Shown here piece after piece: positions 27,869 to 38,540 of a stretch of 64,000 nt of DNA. The position numbers and the translations under genes were made by a program. This stretch comes from Candidatus Iainarchaeum sp. (GTDB lineage: Archaea; Iainarchaeota; Iainarchaeia; Iainarchaeales; GCA-2688035), in NCBI GenBank assembly GCA_017610205.1, contig JAFCCL010000003.1, positions 32,001 through 96,000 of the forward strand. Direction: 5' to 3'. The first letter of the stretch is position 1, and every line of letters starts with the position of its first letter. Under the pieces are notes generated by a model that saw nothing but the letters and a program-made list of their open reading frames with translations, was not told the DNA's origin and did not search any database.

Positions 27869-29653
27869 TTAGAATCCAAAATGCTGTCTTTCTTCTTTTG
27901 CTTTTTCATGCAGGTATTTTAGGTATTCGTCCTGCAGGTTTACAACAGTGCTTAGTTTTCCTGACTCCAAAAACTTCCCAATATTTTCCAGAAAAATGTT
28001 TCCGCCGATGATGTGTGGCATGCATACAAAGTCTACGCCATTTTCATAAAGTTTTAATGAATCGTTGTAATAGTGTGCTCTTGCAAAAACAGGGACTTTT
28101 TTGTTTTCTTTTTTTACAAAATCAAGTACTTTTAATGCTGCTTTGATATTTGGAATTGCCAGTATTACAAGCTTTGCTTCTTTTGGGTTCGTTTTTGAAA
28201 GAATATCTATTTCTTCTGCGTCTCCATAGCTTGCCTTTATGCCTTGCCTTATACAGCTGTAGACAACTTCTGAATCCTGGTCAAGTACCAATGTTGGGTA
28301 ATGTTTGTACACTGCTTTTGCAATGTTTATGCCCATTGTTCCTCCTCCCAAAATAAGAATATGTCCTTTTAATTTTGAGGGAATATTTTCAAGGCTTGAA
28401 AGTTTTGCGCCAAATCTTTTTCTTTTGAGTTTTTTTGGCAGGTGTATTGATGCTTTTTCAAACACTTTGTTCATTTTTGTATGCGATCTCATAAGATATG
28501 GTGCAAGAATCATTGAAATTGTTATTGCCAGAATTGTGACTGAAAAAAGTCCTTCTGACAGAATGCTTGCTGCAGAGTTTGTTGGATCAAAACCCATTTG
28601 TGCAACTATGAGGCTGAATTCGCTTACGTTTGCAAGAGCAAGTGCAACCATTAGGCTTACTCTGCTGCCATATCCTGAGAACAATGTAAAAAGATAGTAA
28701 AAAAGTGGCTTTATGATAAGGACCATTGCAATTATGAAAACTATTAGAGCAAGTGGTATTGCTGCAAAGGAAAATGTAAGCTGCATTCCAAGTGAAACAA
28801 AGAAAATTATTACAAAGAAGTCTCTCAAGCCCCTGATTTTGTTGAATATTTCTGTATTGTATGGAAGGGTTGAAAGAGCAATTCCTCCAACAAATGCGCC
28901 AATGGCTACTGGTAAGTCCATTAGAATTGCAAGTGCAATAAAAATAAAGCAGCTGCTTAAGGCTGCAAGGTAAAATTCTTCCTGGTAATCGAGGCTGAAT
29001 TTAAAAATGCGTGGCAGAAGATGTCTGTTTATTACTGCTGCTGCAGCAATCAAAATCATTATTTTTATTAGAACCATAGCAAGTACGCTTGGTGCGAGTA
29101 TGTTTCCAATATCCTGAAGCAGGGGTATTGCAAGTATCACCAGAAAATCCTGTACCAGGAGAAATCCAATCAATAGTCTTCCGTGCAAGGTGTTTATTTG
29201 GTAATTGTCTCCCAAGAGCTTTATTACCACCATTGTTGAGCTGAATGCAAGAATTACTCCAAGGAAAATCGACTGTTGAAATGAAATAATGCTTGGAAAA
29301 AGCATGCTGAAAAGAATTACAATAGCTATTGTTATTGCAACCTGAATTGTTGAGCCTATTACAACAAGCTTTCCTATGTTGAAAAATTTCCGGATATCAA
29401 GCTCTACTCCTATGCTGAACAGCAGGAAAGCTATTCCAAGTTCTGACAAAATCCTAATGTCCTGCATGTTTGAAATTCCAATTGGAAGGCCCTGGAAACT
29501 GTAGCCAAGTGCCCCAATTCCTATTGGCCCTATTACTATTCCTGCAATGATATATGCAAGCAAGCTTGGTTGTTTCAAAAGTCTTGCAATGTATCCAAAT
29601 CCAGTTGCAGCAACAACAATCAGTCCAAGGTCTATTAATAGAGTGAATTCCAT
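27869..29653 (-). CDS. Kef-type cation/H+ antiporter (CPA2) with TrkA-N domain
   Basis: SELGIAFLLFSIG, FSSTMVVIK, QDF, SEFS; C-terminal ILGGGTMG/YGDA. Confidence 0.93.
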   Translation of the reverse strand: MEFTLLIDLGLIVVAATGFGYIARLLKQPSLLAYIIAGIVIGPIGIGALGYSFQGLPIGISNMQDIRILSELGIAFLLFSIGVELDIRKFFNIGKLVVIGSTIQVAITIAIVILFSMLFPSIISFQQSIFLGVILAFSSTMVVIKLLGDNYQINTLHGRLLIGFLLVQDFLVILAIPLLQDIGNILAPSVLAMVLIKIMILIAAAAVINRHLLPRIFKFSLDYQEEFYLAALSSCFIFIALAILMDLPVAIGAFVGGIALSTLPYNTEIFNKIRGLRDFFVIIFFVSLGMQLTFSFAAIPLALIVFIIAMVLIIKPLFYYLFTLFSGYGSRVSLMVALALANVSEFSLIVAQMGFDPTNSAASILSEGLFSVTILAITISMILAPYLMRSHTKMNKVFEKASIHLPKKLKRKRFGAKLSSLENIPSKLKGHILILGGGTMGINIAKAVYKHYPTLVLDQDSEVVYSCIRQGIKASYGDAEEIDILSKTNPKEAKLVILAIPNIKAALKVLDFVKKENKKVPVFARAHYYNDSLKLYENGVDFVCMPHIIGGNIFLENIGKFLESGKLSTVVNLQDEYLKYLHEKAKEERQHFGF

Positions 29654-29687
29654 TGCTTATCAGTTAATAGAAACAGATTTGCTTTAT

Positions 29688-30005
29688 TTAAATCTTTCCA
29701 GACTGTTTTTTCTCTTTAGCCATTCTAATTTCAGCTTCTTCTTTTATCAACTTTTTATAAAATCTTCTCAATCTAAAAGCAGCATCAGAGTCTGGGTCAT
29801 CTCCAAGTTGGAAACTATTCCATTTTTGTTTTTTCATGACTTTTTTCATTGTTTTCGTTAGTAACTCATCTGTAAAAATTTGATTCTTTAACATGTTACG
29901 CATTTTGGCAGTTTTTTGTATTTTTGGGTTTCTTCTGAGTATTTTTAAATTTTGTTTTCTTTGCGATACTGATTTTGGACCAGGCTTTATACTTTTTTTC
30001 TTCAT
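29688..30005 (-). CDS. Highly basic orphan
   Basis: MKKKSIKPGPKSVSQRK; ATG overlaps the cysS stop. Confidence 0.5.
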   Translation of the reverse strand: MKKKSIKPGPKSVSQRKQNLKILRRNPKIQKTAKMRNMLKNQIFTDELLTKTMKKVMKKQKWNSFQLGDDPDSDAAFRLRRFYKKLIKEEAEIRMAKEKKQSGKI

Positions 30006-31393
30006 TTTACAACTTTCCACTTTGTGCCCTTTTCAGTATCGTCTAAAAGAATTCCTTTTTCCGCAAGCTTTTCCCGTATCTTGTCTGATTCAGCCCACTT
30101 TTTTTCAGCCCTCAACTTTTCTCTTTGTTTTATTAATTCAAGTTCTGTTTTTCCAATTTCCTGCTTTTGCTCAAAGTCCATTACTGCAAAAACACTATTG
30201 AGCTTTTTTAAAAATCCCAATGCAAGTTTTGAATCTTTTTTGCCAATTTTTTTTGTATCAAGAAGCGAATTGCATTTCCTTACAAATTCAAACAATGCGG
30301 CAAAAGCCAGTGCTGTGTTTAGGTCGTCGTCCATTGCTTTTTCAAACTTTTTTCCGGCTTTTTCAATTACCTTTTTTACATTTCCCAAATCCCTTCCGTC
30401 TGCTGTTTCAAGTTTTGAAATAAGTTCGTTCAGCCTGTCAATTGAGTTCTGTGCCGCTCTCAGTCCTTCAAAAGTAAAATTAAGTGGTTGCCTGTAGTGT
30501 CCTGAAATCATCAGGTATCTTACAGCAATTGGGTTGTTGTCTTTTAAGTCTTGCAGGGTGTAAAAGTTTCCAAGGCTTTTGCTCATCTTTTCCCCATTCA
30601 CCTGCAAAAATGCGTTGTGTATCCAGTATTTTGCAAAAGGCTTTCCTGTTGCTCCCTCTGACTGTGCTATTTCGTTTTCGTGGTGTGGAAAAATCAGGTC
30701 TTGTCCTCCTGAGTGGATGTCAAAACTTTTGCCCAAATGCTTCATGCTCATTGCACTGCATTCAATATGCCATCCTGGTCTTCCTTTTCCAAGTTCTGTT
30801 TCCCAGAAAACAGAACCGTCGTTTTTGTCCCAGGCTTTCCATAATGCAAAATCCTGCGCTTCGCCTTTTTCATATTCATCCTGTTTTACTCTTGCCCCTG
30901 CTTTTAATTTCCTAAAATCAATGTGTGCAAGTTTGCCATAGTCTTTGAATTTTTTTATATTGTAGTAAACGCTTCCGTCTTCTCCTTTGTAAGCGTAGCC
31001 TTTTTTCAAAAGCTTTGCAATTAATTCAACCATTTCTTTTATGTGCTCTGTTGCTTTTGGGTAAATATCTGCCGGTAACACTCTTGAGGCTTTCATATCT
31101 TCAAAGAAGGAATTGGTGTATTTTTCAGTGAATTCTTTTAAGGAAATTCCTTCCTTTTGCGAGTCCCTAATGGTTTTGTCGTCGACATCAGTAATGTTTC
31201 TTACGTGTTTTACTTTAAATCCCTTGTAAAGCAAATAGCGCTTTAAAATGTCTTCTGATAAAAAGCTTTTCAAATTGCCTATGTGAATAACGTTGTAAAC
31301 AGTTGGCCCACAGGTGTACAATCCAACATTCTTTCCTTTTAACGGCTTGAATTCCTCTTTCTTTCTGCTTATTGTGTTGTACAGTTTAAGCAT
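30002..31393 (-). CDS. cysS: Cysteine--tRNA ligase
   Basis: CGPTVY, HIGN, GRPGWHIECSAM, KMSKS. Confidence 0.98.
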   Translation of the reverse strand: MLKLYNTISRKKEEFKPLKGKNVGLYTCGPTVYNVIHIGNLKSFLSEDILKRYLLYKGFKVKHVRNITDVDDKTIRDSQKEGISLKEFTEKYTNSFFEDMKASRVLPADIYPKATEHIKEMVELIAKLLKKGYAYKGEDGSVYYNIKKFKDYGKLAHIDFRKLKAGARVKQDEYEKGEAQDFALWKAWDKNDGSVFWETELGKGRPGWHIECSAMSMKHLGKSFDIHSGGQDLIFPHHENEIAQSEGATGKPFAKYWIHNAFLQVNGEKMSKSLGNFYTLQDLKDNNPIAVRYLMISGHYRQPLNFTFEGLRAAQNSIDRLNELISKLETADGRDLGNVKKVIEKAGKKFEKAMDDDLNTALAFAALFEFVRKCNSLLDTKKIGKKDSKLALGFLKKLNSVFAVMDFEQKQEIGKTELELIKQREKLRAEKKWAESDKIREKLAEKGILLDDTEKGTKWKVVK

Positions 31394-31462
31394 TTTAAAT
31401 CAATAAATTAATGAATTAAAGAATATTAAAATGCTTGGGTTAGTGGCAAATGCCTATTCTGT

Positions 31463-32830
31463 TTAAATCCTGAACTGTGCCTTCCAGTACTTGCATACTT
31501 CCAGTGTTTTCTTTTCTGCAATTCCTGTGTATTTTTCAGGGTTTTGAAGGATTTCTTTTTGCTGTTTTCCAAGCTTTTCAATGAAAGGCGTTATTTCTTC
31601 ATCTGCAAGTACAAGGTCCATTAGCTTGTTTCCGCTTTTTTCTGCTTCAAGCGTTTTTTTCCTTACATACTCGTGTGCGTCAGGGTATCCTTTTGCTGCA
31701 AGTAGCAGGTAAAGTGGTTCTGCTACAATGCCTTCTTTGCAGGAATCAAAATTCCTTTTCATGCTTTCTTTGTCAACAACCAGATTTGAGCAAACCTTGT
31801 TTAGCCTTTTAGCGCTTGCCACAACTCCTGCAAAAAGTTCCGGTACAAACCTTTGCGAAGCACTGTTGGTAAGGTCCCGTTGGTGTTCGCTTATTGCATC
31901 CATATTAAAGGTTATTGCGCGTGGCATGAATTCTTTCCAAAGGCTTTTCACGTTTTCAAAATTTATAGGGTTTCTTTTGTGCGGCATGGTTGAACTTCCA
32001 ACCTGTTTTGCGCCAAAGGCTTCAGCAACCTCTGCAATTTCGCTTCTTTGCAGGTTTCTCATGTCATCTGCAAAATTTGCAAGTACGTTAAATGCTCCAA
32101 CTAGTGCATTTAGTAAGTCAAGCAGTGTTTCCGGTGCAACAACCTGTGTTGAGTGCTTGCATTGTTTTAATCCAAGTTGTTCCATTATGCTTTTTTCAAA
32201 ACCTGGTGGGTCTTGTACAAAAAGGCTGCTTCCGTTGAATGCTCCTACTGCTCCTGAAAACTTTCCTTCCAGTAAATCTTTTGTTTTTTCAATTGCTTTT
32301 ATTCTGTTGCCAAGCCTGTTAACATATCCTGCAATTGCAAATCCAAAGGTTATTGGTTCTGCGTGCTGGCCGTGTGTTCTTCCAATTTGAAGCGTGCTTT
32401 TTTCCCTTAAGGCAATTTCAATAAGTGTTTTTTCAAGCCTTACAAGTTCTGGAATAACAGTCTTTTCACAGGCTTCTTTGTATCTTACTGCATTTGCGGT
32501 GTCAACAATATCGTAAGAGGTTGCTCCAAAGTGTACAAATGGCTTTGCCCTATCGCTTACCTTTTTTCTGATGCAGTTTGCCAATGCTCTTACATCGTGT
32601 TTTGTGATTTTTTCTTCCTCATAAACTTCTTCTGCCCTAACTTTTTCAGAGGCTTTTGCAATTTCTTCCGCAATTTGTCTGCTGCAAATGCCTTGCTTTG
32701 CCAAAGCCATTGCAAGTACTGCCTCTACTTTTGCCTGAAAGCCAATTCTTGCCTCTTCGCTTAAAAGTTTTGCGGTTTCCTTGTCCCAGTATCTGTAATC
32801 AAGTGGTGATATGAATTCAAATTTGTCCAT
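31463..32830 (-). CDS. purB: Adenylosuccinate lyase
   Basis: HFGATSYD, GRTHGQHAEP, GSSTMPHKRNP. Confidence 0.97.
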   Translation of the reverse strand: MDKFEFISPLDYRYWDKETAKLLSEEARIGFQAKVEAVLAMALAKQGICSRQIAEEIAKASEKVRAEEVYEEEKITKHDVRALANCIRKKVSDRAKPFVHFGATSYDIVDTANAVRYKEACEKTVIPELVRLEKTLIEIALREKSTLQIGRTHGQHAEPITFGFAIAGYVNRLGNRIKAIEKTKDLLEGKFSGAVGAFNGSSLFVQDPPGFEKSIMEQLGLKQCKHSTQVVAPETLLDLLNALVGAFNVLANFADDMRNLQRSEIAEVAEAFGAKQVGSSTMPHKRNPINFENVKSLWKEFMPRAITFNMDAISEHQRDLTNSASQRFVPELFAGVVASAKRLNKVCSNLVVDKESMKRNFDSCKEGIVAEPLYLLLAAKGYPDAHEYVRKKTLEAEKSGNKLMDLVLADEEITPFIEKLGKQQKEILQNPEKYTGIAEKKTLEVCKYWKAQFRI

Positions 32831-32833
32831 TTT

Positions 32834-33811
32834 TTAAGCCTCCATATTTTTTTCAAGAAATGCCTTGTACTGGTTCATTGTTTCTTCAATGCTTGGTGCT
32901 TTCCAGTGCTTTTCTCCTGTCCAGGTTTCACACACGCTTTTGTACATGTTTGAAGTAATTTCAATAAGCTCTTTTGGCAACAGGGGTGGAGTGGTAAATT
33001 CTCCGTGTCCCTTTCCTTCAGCTTTCTCCAATTCAATTGTTTCATACCAGGGAGTTGTTTTGTAATAGTCTCTTAAAATCTGCTTGCTTACATTGATTCC
33101 GTTGTACAAAAACCTGTTTTCGTCCAAGGTTCCGCATACATCTACCAGAATGAATTCTCTTTGTGGGTTTATTCCAAATTCAATTTTTCCATCAGCGTGC
33201 TCCAGTCCTATTTCTCTTGCTTTTTTTGTTAAAAAGTCGTTTATCTCCAAAGCCTTTCCCTTCAGGTCTTCAATTTCTGTCTGGTTTAAGCAGGAAATTT
33301 CCGCGGCTTCTTCCCATGTTAAATACCGGTCTGTTGGCTCAAGCTTTGTGCTGACATCCATTATTGGCAGGGTAAGTTTTTCTCCGGCTTCAGGCATTTT
33401 TTCAAGGCCAAGTTCCTCCAATGTTATTCTGCCTTTTGCAAGCCTTTTGAATACACTGCTTCCTTCCGGCAGAGAATTTCTGAAAATAATTTCCAGTGGC
33501 ACAAGGTAATTTCCCATGCCTGGTTTTAGTTCTCCTTTTTGTGGAAATAACACCCGTACTAGGTCAACTTCCATTTCGTTTCCTGAAATAAGCTTTCGAA
33601 AATGGCTTTTTATTCCTAGCTTTTCAAGTTCTTGAAAGTTATAAGTAGCCATTCTGCATAATGCTTCACCTTTGTTTGGAATTGTGTTAGGCATCTTTCC
33701 ATAATCAAACACAGAGTAATCGTCTGTAAACCTGAATACTCCTATGCCTTCCAAATCTGCTGTTGCCTGTTCGCTTACTGTTAAATCTTTTACACTTCCC
33801 ATAAAACCCAA
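32834..33811 (-). CDS. purC: SAICAR synthase, archaeal long type
   Basis: GSVKD, DDYSVFD, IPNKG, PLEIIFRN, STKLE, DGKIEF, DENRF. Confidence 0.95.
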   Translation of the reverse strand: MGFMGSVKDLTVSEQATADLEGIGVFRFTDDYSVFDYGKMPNTIPNKGEALCRMATYNFQELEKLGIKSHFRKLISGNEMEVDLVRVLFPQKGELKPGMGNYLVPLEIIFRNSLPEGSSVFKRLAKGRITLEELGLEKMPEAGEKLTLPIMDVSTKLEPTDRYLTWEEAAEISCLNQTEIEDLKGKALEINDFLTKKAREIGLEHADGKIEFGINPQREFILVDVCGTLDENRFLYNGINVSKQILRDYYKTTPWYETIELEKAEGKGHGEFTTPPLLPKELIEITSNMYKSVCETWTGEKHWKAPSIEETMNQYKAFLEKNMEA

Positions 33812-33823
33812 CCTTGCTTTTTT

Positions 33824-34540
33824 TTACATTTTAATTATTTTTGCAGCGCACAATGCAGCATTTTCTCCTCTTCCCAAGCCGACCCAAAGACCTTTTGTTG
33901 CAAGTGCTGACAATTTCAACGCGTCGCTTTTTTCTGAATCTTCCTTTATTGGTACAAAAATAACCAATTGTTTTTCAGGGTCAACTGCTTCAACTGTGCC
34001 AATTTCAATAAAGTCAATGTAAACTGCTTCACTGTCATTATAGGAATCCTCTTCCTGTTCTTCAAACGGAACGTCCAATTCTTTAAGTGTTTCTTTGCAT
34101 GCTCTGATTCTTTTTTCAATTTCCGGGCTTTGCTCTGTTGCAACAAGAATTGCCTTTTTCTTTCCATGCAAAATGTTTACAACAGCGTCAACTGTTTCTT
34201 CAATTGCTTCAACTCCTGTTCCAAGCACTGCAAAGCCCTTTGGCATTTGATGAATGCTTAGTAAGGCATCCAATCCAAAATAGTTCGCATTTACTGGAAT
34301 TCCTATTACTATTTTGTCTGAGTGTGATGCAATAAATCCTGGAAGTGCTGCACTCAATCCTGCTCCTGCAATTACAACCTTTTCGTCGCTTTCTTTGAGT
34401 ATTTTTTCAAGCCTTTTAGGTTCCCTGTGCGCAGAGCAAACCTCAAGCTTTGCCTCAATTCCTTTTTCTTCAAGCTTTTCCATTAGCTTGCTGTAAACAG
34501 CCTTGTCTGAATCACTGCCAAAAATTACCAGTACTCTCAA
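33824..34540 (-). CDS. purE: PurE with a second, degenerate PurE-like C-terminal domain (probable TTG start)
   Basis: GSDSD, SAHR, IAGAGLSAALPG, DALLSIHQMP; C-terminal ENAALCAAKII. Confidence 0.88.
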   Translation of the reverse strand: MRVLVIFGSDSDKAVYSKLMEKLEEKGIEAKLEVCSAHREPKRLEKILKESDEKVVIAGAGLSAALPGFIASHSDKIVIGIPVNANYFGLDALLSIHQMPKGFAVLGTGVEAIEETVDAVVNILHGKKKAILVATEQSPEIEKRIRACKETLKELDVPFEEQEEDSYNDSEAVYIDFIEIGTVEAVDPEKQLVIFVPIKEDSEKSDALKLSALATKGLWVGLGRGENAALCAAKIIKM

Positions 34541-34681
34541 AAATAAAACCCCTTGAAAGAATTCACAATAAAAGCGTTTTAAACCTATTGCCCTTCTCAA
34601 GGTTGTTTGTATGGCTTGTTTTTGTTAATATTTTAATCTCCTCATAAAAAGATTAAATACCAGATTTCCACCCTATTTTTT

Positions 34682-35230
34682 GTGATGAATTCAAAAAAAG
34701 TTTCCAGCAAGCCCAAGCCATTCTCTCCAAAAAATAGAAAAAGTTTTGCAAAAAAAAGAGAAAGGCTGCAAAGGCAACAAAAAAAGGCTGCAAAGTGCAG
34801 AGCATTAGAGGACTATAAGAAATTTTCCTCTGAAGAGAATTTATGCAGGATTGTGAAACTAGTTACTTCTTTGCAGACACAACATAAGTGGACTGAAGCA
34901 AATACAGTAAATAACCTTTAATGGAATAATTAGGGGCATTGCAGTTCAAAGAGCCTTGATTGGTATTGGCATACTGGACAAAGCCAAAGTTAGGGAAATT
35001 CAAGAATTAACAGAAGGTATAACGCCCGGAGTGAGCTGGTATTGGGTGCTGGCAGGTCATTGGCAAAGTCAGATGAAAAACTGAATGAAATACCTAAAGA
35101 GTTAACAGAATGTTTTGGTGGATTCTTAAAGTCACATATCTTTGAGTTAAAAGCCGCTTTTTTTAAAAGAATGCTTGCGAACAAGCTGAAAAAAATTTTC
35201 GAAAATCGGTTAAAAAATGCTTTGCAATAA
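34682..35230 (+). pseudogene. Fragmented basic orphan
   Basis: ORFs 34682-34921 (MNSKKVSSKPKPFSPKNRK) and 35042-35230 with broken coding-like sequence between. Confidence 0.45.
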
Positions 35231-35239
35231 TTTTTTATT

Positions 35240-36454
35240 ATGGGTTTGAACAAAAAGCAGGTGTTTGCATTTCTTGAAGAATTACAGGGTGGTGGAATAA
35301 AGCTTGGGTTGGAGCGCATAGAAAAATTTCTCACCTTTATTGGAAATCCTGAAAAAGAATTCAAGTCTGTTCACATTGCAGGCACAAACGGCAAGGGCAG
35401 TACTGCTACAATGATTGAACAAATTTTAAGACAGGCTGGTTTTAAGACCGGTCTGTTTACAAGCCCCCATCTTGTCTGCTTCAATGAAAGAATTAGGGTT
35501 AACGGTGTTGAAATAAGCGATAAATATCTGGTTAAGCTTGTTGGTGAATTGAGGAAAGAAATGAAAAAAAGCGGAATTGAATTAAGCTACTTTGAGTTTA
35601 TTACAGCGCTTGCATTCAGGCACTTTGCAAATTCAAAAGTCGATATTGCCATAATTGAAACAGGAATGGGCGGCAGGCTTGATGCAACAAACGTTATACA
35701 TCCTCTGGTTTCTGTGATTACAAATATTGCAATGGAGCACGAAAAGTATTTGGGAAGCACTTTTGCACAGATTGCTGGAGAAAAAGCAGGAATAATAAAA
35801 GAAAAAGTCCCGGTTGTTACTTCTGCCAGAAACGATATAGTGCTTAGTGTGATTCGAAGAGTGTGCAGGGAAAAAAACAGCAGTCTGTCCATTATACAAA
35901 GACCTTTGTTTAATGAAGTTGGCATGAAAGGCATTTTTCAGGGATGGAATGCTGCTTTGGCAGTGGCTGCTGTAAAGCAATTAAAGTTAGCTGGTTTTGA
36001 AGTGGGAAAGCAGGCAATTGAGGAAGGGCTTTCTCTTGCAAAGATTTCATGCAGGTTTGATATTGTAAGAAAAGAACCAATTGTTATACTTGATTGTGCT
36101 CACAATCCTGCCTGTTGTGTTGTTCTTGCAAAATCTTTTGCAAAAGAGTTTCCTGAAAAAAAGGCACTGCTTGTTTTTGGAGCAAGCAAGGGTAAAAATG
36201 TTCTGGCAATGGCTAAAAGGCTTGCTCCTGTTTCCAAAAAAGTGTTTGTTACCAGTGCAAAGTACAGGGCAATGGATACTGAAAAGATTGCAAAAGTGTT
36301 TGAAGACCTTGGGCTAGAAATTGAAGTTGTTAAAAATGTTGAAAATGCTGTGAAGAAAGCAATTTCTTGCGCAAAACAGGGTGACGTTGTGCTTGTAACC
36401 GGAAGCTGTTTTGTTGCAGGGGAAGTTTTGGAATTTTTTAAAAAAAAGGAATAA
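35240..36454 (+). CDS. folC: Folylpolyglutamate synthase/dihydrofolate synthase
   Basis: HIAGTNGKGST, FTSPHL, ETGMGGRLDATN, LDCAHN. Confidence 0.96.
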   Translation: MGLNKKQVFAFLEELQGGGIKLGLERIEKFLTFIGNPEKEFKSVHIAGTNGKGSTATMIEQILRQAGFKTGLFTSPHLVCFNERIRVNGVEISDKYLVKLVGELRKEMKKSGIELSYFEFITALAFRHFANSKVDIAIIETGMGGRLDATNVIHPLVSVITNIAMEHEKYLGSTFAQIAGEKAGIIKEKVPVVTSARNDIVLSVIRRVCREKNSSLSIIQRPLFNEVGMKGIFQGWNAALAVAAVKQLKLAGFEVGKQAIEEGLSLAKISCRFDIVRKEPIVILDCAHNPACCVVLAKSFAKEFPEKKALLVFGASKGKNVLAMAKRLAPVSKKVFVTSAKYRAMDTEKIAKVFEDLGLEIEVVKNVENAVKKAISCAKQGDVVLVTGSCFVAGEVLEFFKKKE

Positions 36455-36577
36455 TTATTTTTTACATGGTTTGTTTGGATTTTTTTTGTTTTTTTTTTTA
36501 AAAAAAGGGAATAGGTTTTTAAGGAGAATTTGTTTTTAATTTTGTAAGTTGTAAACAATTTTTTCAAGTGATTCTTA

Positions 36578-37258
36578 ATGGCCTGGACTATGGAGCGAAA
36601 GACAAACTTTCTTCTAGCTTTATTTATTGGGTGTCTTGTTGCAGCAAACCTTATTGGGTTGAAAATTGCTTCTTTTGGAATGGCAGGAGTTTTCATTTTT
36701 GGGTTTCCTTTGTTTTTTGAGGCAAGTGTTGCAATTCTTGTTTTTCCGGTTCTTTTTCTAATAACTGACATTATCGCAGAGGTTCATGGAAAGCAAAAGG
36801 CAAAGGAATTTGTTTACCTTGGCCTTATTGTTTTGGTTTTCGTTCTCTTGGTTACTGCTATTGCTGTTTTGCTTCCTGCTGCGGAAAGGAGCTTTATTTC
36901 AGGTGAAGATTATGCTGCAATTTTTGGAACAACTTTGAGGATTTTCTTTGCTTCAATTATTGGGTTTTTCGTAAGCCAGATGCATGACGTTCAAGCTTTT
37001 CATTTTTGGAAGGAAAAAACAAACGGAAAGCATTTGTGGCTTAGAAACAATGCTTCCACAATGGTAAGCCAGTTTATTGACACAACAATTTTCATGTTTA
37101 TTGCTTTTTATGCACTGACGCCAAAATTTACTGTTGAGTACATTTTTGCGTTAATAATTCCTTACTGGATTATTAAGGTTCTTTTTGCAGCATTTGACAC
37201 GCCTTTCTGCTATTACGGCGTAAAATGGCTAAAGGGGAAAAGCGCACAAAAAGCCTAA
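36578..37258 (+). CDS. VUT family (YhhQ-like) queuosine precursor transporter
   Basis: TDIIAEVHG, LWLRNNASTMVSQFIDT, DTPF. Confidence 0.92.
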   Translation: MAWTMERKTNFLLALFIGCLVAANLIGLKIASFGMAGVFIFGFPLFFEASVAILVFPVLFLITDIIAEVHGKQKAKEFVYLGLIVLVFVLLVTAIAVLLPAAERSFISGEDYAAIFGTTLRIFFASIIGFFVSQMHDVQAFHFWKEKTNGKHLWLRNNASTMVSQFIDTTIFMFIAFYALTPKFTVEYIFALIIPYWIIKVLFAAFDTPFCYYGVKWLKGKSAQKA

Positions 37259-37326
37259 GCAACAATGCCCTTTTTATTTTCTTAAGCTCTATTTTTTTTG
37301 TTATATTTAAAAATAAGGTGTTTTTT

Positions 37327-38172
37327 TTGGGAAATGTTTTAGGCAGTAGTAAAATAGCAGCAAAGCTTTTTGAAGAAACCAGTGTTATGCTTGAGAATCT
37401 GCACATGAAAAAAATATATCCAAACCTTGCTGTAATCCTTGTAGGCAACAATCCTGCATCCGAACTTTATGTTAAAAAAAAGAAAATTGCGTGTGACGAG
37501 CTTGGCATTGAATTTGAATTGTTAAGGTTTGCTGAAAACATTTCACAAAGAGACATCCTTCAGATTATAAACGACCTCAATCACAAGATTTCAGTTAACG
37601 CAATTCTTGTCCAAATTCCTTTGCCAAAGCAACTTGACTCTTCAATAATTCTTAACACTGTTTCTCCACTAAAGGACGTTGATGGCTTTACTGCATTTAA
37701 CCTTGGTCTTTTGAGTTATGGCAAGGAAGAAATTGTTTCATGCACTGCTCAGGGCATTGTAAAACTTTTGGAAAGTACTGGAACAACAATTGAGGGAAGC
37801 AATGCCTGTATTATAAACCACAGTATTATTGTTGGAAGGCCTTTGAGTCAGCTTTTACTTAACCGTGGTGCAACTGTTACCGTATGTCATGCTAAAACAA
37901 CAGACCTTGCAATGCACACAAAAAATGCAGATATTCTTATTACAGCTGTTGGAAAACCAGGTCTTATTAATGGCGATATGGTAAAGCCAGGTGCGGTGGT
38001 AATTGATGCCGGAATTGCAAGAAAAAACGGAAAAACAGTTGGCGATGTTGATTTTGAAAGTGTAAAAGACGTTGCTTCATATATTACTCCTGTTCCTGGT
38101 GGCATTGGTCCAATGACAATTGCCTGTCTTGTGAACAATGTTGCAAAGCTTGCAATGCTTCACAATCAATAA
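37327..38172 (+). CDS. folD: Methylene-THF dehydrogenase/cyclohydrolase (probable TTG start)
   Basis: LAVILVG, LVQIPLP, KDVDG, ITPVPGGIGPMT. Confidence 0.95.
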   Translation: MGNVLGSSKIAAKLFEETSVMLENLHMKKIYPNLAVILVGNNPASELYVKKKKIACDELGIEFELLRFAENISQRDILQIINDLNHKISVNAILVQIPLPKQLDSSIILNTVSPLKDVDGFTAFNLGLLSYGKEEIVSCTAQGIVKLLESTGTTIEGSNACIINHSIIVGRPLSQLLLNRGATVTVCHAKTTDLAMHTKNADILITAVGKPGLINGDMVKPGAVVIDAGIARKNGKTVGDVDFESVKDVASYITPVPGGIGPMTIACLVNNVAKLAMLHNQ

Positions 38173-38205
38173 TTAGATTCTTAAATTGTTCTTCCAAACT
38201 GGGAA

Positions 38206-38475
38206 TTATTCCTGCAAAAGCCCTTTTTCTTTGAGTGCTTCCAAAATTTTTTCCTTGTCAAAGCCGTGAATCATTATTCCATCAATGTCAAGCACTGGTG
38301 CGTTTATTTCTTCTGTTGAAAGTCCTGCAGCCTCCATTTTTTGCACAACTTCACTGTTTTTTTCCTCGCTTTTCTGAACATTGAATTCTTCAAATGCAAT
38401 ATTTTTTCTTTTAAGCACGGCCTTTGCCGCAGCACACTTTGGGCAATTTGAAATAGAGTAAACAATTACGCTCAT
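38206..38475 (-). CDS. Glutaredoxin-like protein
   Basis: VYSISNCPKC, APV, IHGFD. Confidence 0.88.
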   Translation of the reverse strand: MSVIVYSISNCPKCAAAKAVLKRKNIAFEEFNVQKSEEKNSEVVQKMEAAGLSTEEINAPVLDIDGIMIHGFDKEKILEALKEKGLLQE

Positions 38476-38540
38476 ATTGAAAAATAGGCAGCGAAAACTA
38501 TTTAATGAATTGTTAAATCAACTTATTCAACTTAGGGGGC

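Noticed and set aside
31728-32390. Long antisense ORFs (also 58535-59188, 43291-43875, 36100-36771, 13743-14267)
   Set aside because: Shadows of well-supported genes on the opposite strand, with no motifs of their own
36455-36577. preQ1 riboswitch upstream of the VUT transporter
   Set aside because: Only T/A tracts; no preQ1 stem-loop consensus seen
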